64,000 nucleotides of DNA from an uncultured bacterium (GTDB taxonomy: Bacteria > Verrucomicrobiota > Verrucomicrobiia > Verrucomicrobiales > DEV007), in the NCBI GenBank assembly GCA_963977015.1, contig CAXBMO010000014.1, positions 64,001 through 128,000 of the forward strand, given 5' to 3'. A model generated the notes under the pieces. The model saw only the letters and a program-made list of their open reading frames with translations, was not told the origin of the DNA and did no database searches. Shown in pieces: positions 62,201 to 64,000 of this stretch (positions are counted from its first letter, which is position 1; each line of letters starts with the position of its first letter). The position numbers were made by a program, and so were the translations under genes.

Positions 62201-64000
62201 GGGCAACGGACGCACCGGCACGTTGAACGGTGACGCCGTGATCGCAGCGGGAACCGTCGGCAATGCCGTCGATCTGGATGGGAGCGGCGACTATGTTCAG
62301 GTAACGGGTTATCGTGGCGTAACCGGTTCCGCGCCTCGCACCATGGCCGCGTGGATCAATTCAGCCTCGCCAAATGGCGACGACGCCATCATGTCGTGGG
62401 GACTTGATACCTCGGGTGAAAAGTGGGTTTTCCGCTTGGCGTCCCAACACTTGCGAGTCGAAACGGCGAATGGAGGAATCGAATCAAATGAGGCAACTCC
62501 AATAACCGCGAACACCTGGCACCATGTCGCCGCCGTCTATGATGGTTCGGGAGACCACAACGGAATCACCTTTTACGTGGACGGAGTGCTTCAGGGAACC
62601 GGAACGAACAGCGGGGCCACGGTCGATACGGCCGAGTCGGCCGATGTCGTTATCGGAAGAGATTCTTTCAACACCACCAGAGATTTTGACGGTCTCATCG
62701 ACGAGTCGGGAATCTGGAGCCGGGCGCTTTCCGCGGAGGAAATCGCGGTGCTCGCCGGGATCGGCACGCATACGCCGGTCACGGTCAATACGGCGGGAAC
62801 GCAGACCTATGGCGATGCCGTCGTTCTCGAAGCAACGACGACGCTCAGCGGGACCGACGTCACCGCGTCGTCCACTGTCGGACTTGGCTCCAGCGATCTC
62901 ACCGTCGACGTTAGCGGCACGGTCAGCGGGATCGCGGGCGAGGTTTCGGGAAGCGGCGATCTCACCCTTGAGAGCACGGCGGGAACGGGCGTTTTCGCCC
63001 TCGATAACGACACGGGCAACTCCTACACGGGGAACACCGTCGTGAACGGCGGGTCGCTTCTCGCGGAAAACCAGACCAGCGGATCGGCCACCGGGATTGG
63101 AACGGTCACGGTGAACTCTGGCGCGACGCTCGGCGGCGACGGCGCGGTCGCAGGAACGGTCACGGTCGTCGGCGGAACGGTCAGTCCGGAATTGGGACTG
63201 GCGGAGGACCTTGGAACCGGATCGCTGACTCTCGACAGCGCTTCGACGGTCACCTTCCAGATCAACGGCTTAACGCCGGGCGTCAACGCGGGCTACGACC
63301 AACTCGACGTCACCGGAACGGTCGATCTGAATTCCGATCTCGGCGCGGGCGCGACCCTGGACCTGACCTTAAACGCTGGCGTGAACCCGGCCGATGGTGC
63401 GATCTTCATCCTGATCGACAACGACGGCGATCACACCACCGATACAGTCTCCGGTGAATTCGACGGTCTGCCGAATGGATCCGTGATCACGCTGAATGAC
63501 GGGACCAACGACTACGTCTTCACGATCCATTATGACAAAGAAACCGCGGAGACCGACACGAACGGCAACAACGTGGTTCTCGTCAGCCACGGAATCGCCG
63601 AGACCAGTGTGGAGCTGGTTTCAAACGGGAGCACGCTCGATCTTGTCATTACCGATATCAGTCAGGAATCGCCCGAACTACTCGACATCTCGATTCAGAA
63701 CATCGGTGGAACCGATTATTACGTCATCAAGGACACCAATTCGCCTGAGTTGGCGATGACGACGTCGATCGCGGCTGCTGACGCGAACCGGATCAGCCAG
63801 AACGAGATTCACGTTAAAGTGAGCGCGGTCACTGGCGGGCTGATCGTGAACAGCGATTACTCGGGCGACGTAGGCGACAACGGCACGGACGTATTCACGT
63901 TCAGCGGATCGAACGCGTTTACCTTCGCGGGACCGATCACGGTCAACGCGGAGACGATCAACCTGCCTTTGGACCTCACCGCCGGGACGGCCGAGGACAT
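50220..64000 (+). CDS. Giant LEPR-XLL surface protein 2 (at least 4593 codons, 3'-truncated; absent from ORF track)
   Basis: ATG at 50220 gives MTPSILKRLQ..QMEQLEPRILYSAAPVE..HEQGHILGLDH; the same frame is coding at the window end (ETINLPLDLTAG) and the track lists no terminated ORF in this frame. Confidence 0.9.
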   Translation, partial: MTPSILKRLQAILNRDSGSQRQLQMEQLEPRILYSAAPVEAAPEAEMSSEPAQNAPAAAPADESSHAADPAPAQGENSAASILETEVVVLPETTEAADSTYPGGEASGDVAAGNELDQQMLENIAAAAADRWAESGLSAEQSAALSNVVYEIADLSGNHLGAAEGNVVTIDIDAAGHGWFVDETPLQDEEFVADIGTPTRLFSTDPNGRMDLLTVLLHEQGHILGLDHEETNASSVMYDTFWADERVLIDEGQAAGAVAGSLEGIHSATTDTVIAGYDFDDGTDDDGTATVTAGEADNATAAVTVKNANVTASDFSVGAGLKFLINQDNGNSNFSDLDAEGNEFGTENGFEFGGAQNAFEFTDMDNNNNLGLAITNDDYMAFTVTPDERYEMDLSNFTFLSRVNNTNNSAERWALFSSIDGFAEGDQIGEGRNNGNDGQYNAFTVGLSDPKFQNLTEATEFRLYIYGGNQTSNSATLFDKVIVNGTTVPTVVYVDDNWAAGGSDPQSNGQAITDADLGTSSDQGAVYGDNGFATVEAALAAVADGGTVIINQGTYAENLNLSKAVTFQVTGPNVEQTATISGEISGVEALTKSGSGTLVVSGDNTYSGGTTISQGTLSTTTNSTALGTGTVNMNGGILRTTVSLGNEISLNDVTTTTSNTIEVDGNYHVLSGKVTGAGGLTVGKVGGGNDGLALSNSANDFQGDLTITGSSAFLRLDTDGVIPDTANVLVGNGAALRLEGDARTETIAGLSGGGRIFAVNSGGGATLIVGAGDATSEFSGQIGGGGANNKNISLEKIGNGTFTLAGTTSDYTGTTTITSGILRADAADVVATSGALGVGNITFSGGTLQYTVNSAGTDYSARIVDSSSAITLDTNGQEVTLSNDFASTNTGGLTKLGTGTLTVEFPDTGSYDGLTRVDGGELKVLNDDGALQRWRAGNFEINNGSTLEIGGDDTTVFQGLTWTFDSNGGGTVNLVGNTIFQTNNNTFVTTGGLKNTISGVRYNLQNSNTINYNVAQGTDVSGIDLEVSARHDRGSIVKTGLGTVALTDTTNNLRSDNTITINAGALEIAEGGRLSNGNWDGAIINDGIFRHNSSADQTLSGVISGTGTLEMSGSGEMTLSGVNTYTGATDVNSGTLTVGGEIGNGGPAGVVTVASGAFLAGSGTIRAQVDASAGSIIPGGVGSAGALTVDGVLNFGTGSTTGVFSAELDSGSNDSIVVTGAVNLTDVTLNPLTIGGFVATDGAQVTLIDNQQSGVAVTGTFNGLADGAEITELASGDIKAYISYFGGDGNDVTISFIDTVTPGTVTVADNPNLDFDTTFTFQISGDTLQVLANGQVVDARPIAAVKNLVINGDDAIPGDEGDDTFTIDYTLDPRLLDIDITFNGGGQATAAGDTLFVTGGTFGTVTHNLTNTTDGNIHIDGDGVADITYTGLEPVDMTGSTATDFVFNLPAGANPDVVLRNSATAGEMELVGSTFESTIFTVPSGSITINGNTGADTITIESLDAAFAADIVVDVGDGTDSVTISGALDYDGDLTITAETINLNARVDTTTGDQTYNGDVVQGVTGLMRLTAANIRFNGDTTLQSGGSNEFQLLAAQVTNSAAGTFDVNGGRLKLESSTHIVNEGNFEIGTNGSVPIFGGTSARITNNGTFTHNGSQIRLYMEIINNGTMVIDNPSGTAEIQFKAPSSIGSGGVITNNGTLNISEAAARFDEAGAIVNANGGIINVTGASVTFAENLTVTNQSGGALNLNGGTVTVNDTTLTNESGGTLNLTDGTMTLTNNGAANSAGVTNFLGAGYTVNGTGTFTNQSGGVAELGSGVTVTVDGAALTNDSGGTLNLTDGTLTLTNNGAANSAGVTNFLGTSYTVNGTGTFTNQSGGVANLDSGSVTVDGTTFTNNSGGVVSFAGANLTLANTASVVNDAGGDFNLSGGAYTIDISDASSVLTNNGTTTWTAGSSGHKTITGSGTFLNEGDFIHAQGGGNDNLQLTGSLTFQNNGNFTFVDEGDVNISSGSAQFRNAGVVNKTTDPSTDPSFFFGNGDFHALAGSEVLSTVAGTRIHIATGGTSDAGAEWNADGGNIGLGSTWSGTFAGTSSNGGVLRLTDPGSSIEHNITVGTGGLTFNIGGDGVVWADAAINVNGQSLTNLGVLQIVGTGLKSLQGTMTNSGTTNVAGDITVTGGEFVNTSGSTLNFESGIVTLTGANDALRNQSGGIFEIGTSGTSILDGLGRLINDSGATITWSDGALSVRTTATFQNDGIVNFTSNSNETLYGNGEFINNGEFHHIGANTNSDNIIGYDAGTFTNNGLFAFDTRGDFQLTENYTFTNSFTGTIRKTADNNADQAQFFNNNGDTTGGVWDNEGTIEVLVGTIRVTTTASGGSFKDVSSPQVVGTELTGGTWIANPTGANNAIIDLEPAEPNGIVTIGTNATVSLSGSTGRFVQLTNFLAQIDGSLTLNSGQVLDAANDVTVSSTGTLAGNGGTIIGNITVQSGGTLSPGDGAADEGTLTVTGDLTLEGDVNIDISGDHLATGQDSISVSGAVTVGGSLNLNVDPATDFTGMVAGTEIVLISGGSLAVTDPFTGFHDGIALTIGGAEFTLDYGGVSGNDVVLTAQGVAQTSVTLDGSNNLVITDLANEDDTLSIAVGANPVSGGGGGYIITDTTQVISTAIPNAVRVSEHQVFIDFGDIAGAEIQVGTGDGTDMLTLNFGSGDATAFQQRVIFTGGESVGDNDTLTIANGVFGVVTHTATAGEAGTINLDSAGATEIEYSQLEPVDMSGSTATDFIFNLPGTVDNAQLSESGGLLTLESTDLTPTFESTTFAAPTGSITINGGAGADTLTISTAIDLTANGTSLTINSESINLNGGAVDTGAGNQRYNGVATLGADTTLIGNDVTFTNTVDSDGTARSLTTSVAGTLTLRNNIGATNALSALDTGTTGTTHIFGNTVLDNLATGPGAGLIFNFDASFDPNTEDNLVPDLAGAVGTGGVGGGPFSLLIDDSPAITFANNPSAGFAGITGAYVLPGALGGSADSQRGEAGLELQAGGADESPSDVDHAATGVPDVDVSDVTFELWIKPTDLTGDEVIWETGGGTGTGFALEDNLLAFQVISSGNNARVTYDLSGDPLTIFGGGAATDDFIQVTGTINMATDTIELFVNGTSVGSDVKPSAINDWDGGDPSGLGTVGGGNMGGYGGGAQSFRPLDGQISVFRLYSGILDQTDIQTNFSAVQAGGQTEISLRTSGDQTFGNTLSLGIATVVEGNDVTFNGTIDADPASAALGALTVNTTGGGVTDFNGVIGGTAALGGLATNADGAVTLDSTGITSVGAIDFADNFTASVNTTFDAATVTFGGTSTFLGTATINAISATFTGNATFNALTDLNIGGDLDFLAAADFNAVSDLDVSDNATFAGAVTIGGAATVDAQDITYSSTIDSTVGTNQSLTLTTTGSGVTTVDGVVGGTDALDSLVISGGSRADIGAGTIGLGGTGVLTFNTAVSLTSNLVITDDGTGDTTFNSTLDGAFALTVNTPGGGNTFFKGNVGATTALTSVTTDAIGGTEISGIPAVPNGNLLLNFDADRETAAAAGIFEGLLFGANDAERFSNMGATGITFGAAATSLGGIRSAYSFDGTSRGTSDALATLPGNPTDTDAALEFWIRPDTTNAGSTYLIYETGGSGTGTSVVYDVDTDTVTWTVDDDSVQRSVSGALGAADGEFHQVFLTYDRDNSNRDILTLYVDGVFLDDNISGTSDPDDATDVNTNSINNLDGTDGAGLGGVNNDVAATTPASTNYIGEIAKMRFYTNAVAQAGIQANYDAVANHVTTVTTSGDQTYGDAVTLANDVTISANDATFSSTVDTATGAIQAALTVNTTGGGVTTFGGAVGATGPLGNLTTNFDGRTDIAGSITTTANQTYGDAVTILADATLTGVDVTFGWTLDEGAGATGSNLTVNASGTTRFAADVGGITQLDSLATDSAGTTVFGNTLGTANELFLPLESQSGGLTADTSGNGRTGTLNGDAVIAAGTVGNAVDLDGSGDYVQVTGYRGVTGSAPRTMAAWINSASPNGDDAIMSWGLDTSGEKWVFRLASQHLRVETANGGIESNEATPITANTWHHVAAVYDGSGDHNGITFYVDGVLQGTGTNSGATVDTAESADVVIGRDSFNTTRDFDGLIDESGIWSRALSAEEIAVLAGIGTHTPVTVNTAGTQTYGDAVVLEATTTLSGTDVTASSTVGLGSSDLTVDVSGTVSGIAGEVSGSGDLTLESTAGTGVFALDNDTGNSYTGNTVVNGGSLLAENQTSGSATGIGTVTVNSGATLGGDGAVAGTVTVVGGTVSPELGLAEDLGTGSLTLDSASTVTFQINGLTPGVNAGYDQLDVTGTVDLNSDLGAGATLDLTLNAGVNPADGAIFILIDNDGDHTTDTVSGEFDGLPNGSVITLNDGTNDYVFTIHYDKETAETDTNGNNVVLVSHGIAETSVELVSNGSTLDLVITDISQESPELLDISIQNIGGTDYYVIKDTNSPELAMTTSIAAADANRISQNEIHVKVSAVTGGLIVNSDYSGDVGDNGTDVFTFSGSNAFTFAGPITVNAETINLPLDLTAGTAED
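55500..55900 (+). repeat. In-frame tandem duplication, 201-bp (67-aa) period
   Basis: ACGCTCAATTTGACCGACGGAACC at 55521 and 55722, followed by near-identical sequence. Confidence 0.9.

Noticed and set aside
23900-63760. Many long minus-strand and off-frame ORFs over the giant genes (e.g. 25552-28131, 40276-41937)
   Set aside because: Shadow ORFs caused by codon bias of Gly/Thr/Asp/Asn-rich GC-rich genes; no motifs, and they fully overlap the real CDS
1-64000. CRISPR array or rRNA
   Set aside because: No regularly spaced repeat-spacer series or rRNA-like sequence seen

Overview
GC-rich bacterial DNA, probably Verrucomicrobia/PVC (inferred from LEPR-XLL giant proteins, sulfatase remnants and the RAYT type). 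It has three zones. (1) 1-12.7 kb: a minus-strand heavy-metal island with DUF3347 protein, TolC-type OMF, CusB-type MFP, CusA-type RND, a frameshifted dmeF-like CDF pseudogene and a cnrY/cnrX/cnrH-like anti-sigma/sensor/ECF sigma trio. Two identically spaced ECF-type promoters (TTGAGGG-N13-CGGCGTTYAAG) precede the efflux genes and the regulator genes. DUF2958 and hypothetical genes follow. (2) 12.8-21.8 kb: three tRNA 3' fragments (Tyr-like, Arg, Glu) resembling att scars, then a mosaic of gene fragments (MFS, ceramidase-like, three sulfatase tails, RAYT remnants) joined by repeats, an intact two-domain secreted protein and an OprB porin. (3) 22.8-64 kb: two tandem giant LEPR-XLL proteins, one of about 8,900 aa and a second of at least 4,590 aa that runs off the window and is missing from the ORF track. 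Both have an N-terminal HEXXH metzincin-like domain and a beta-helical repeat stalk into which LamG/PA14/MAM-type domains are plugged at recurring sites. Shared modules occur in a different order in the two genes. All family assignments come from recognising motifs by eye; no searches were run.
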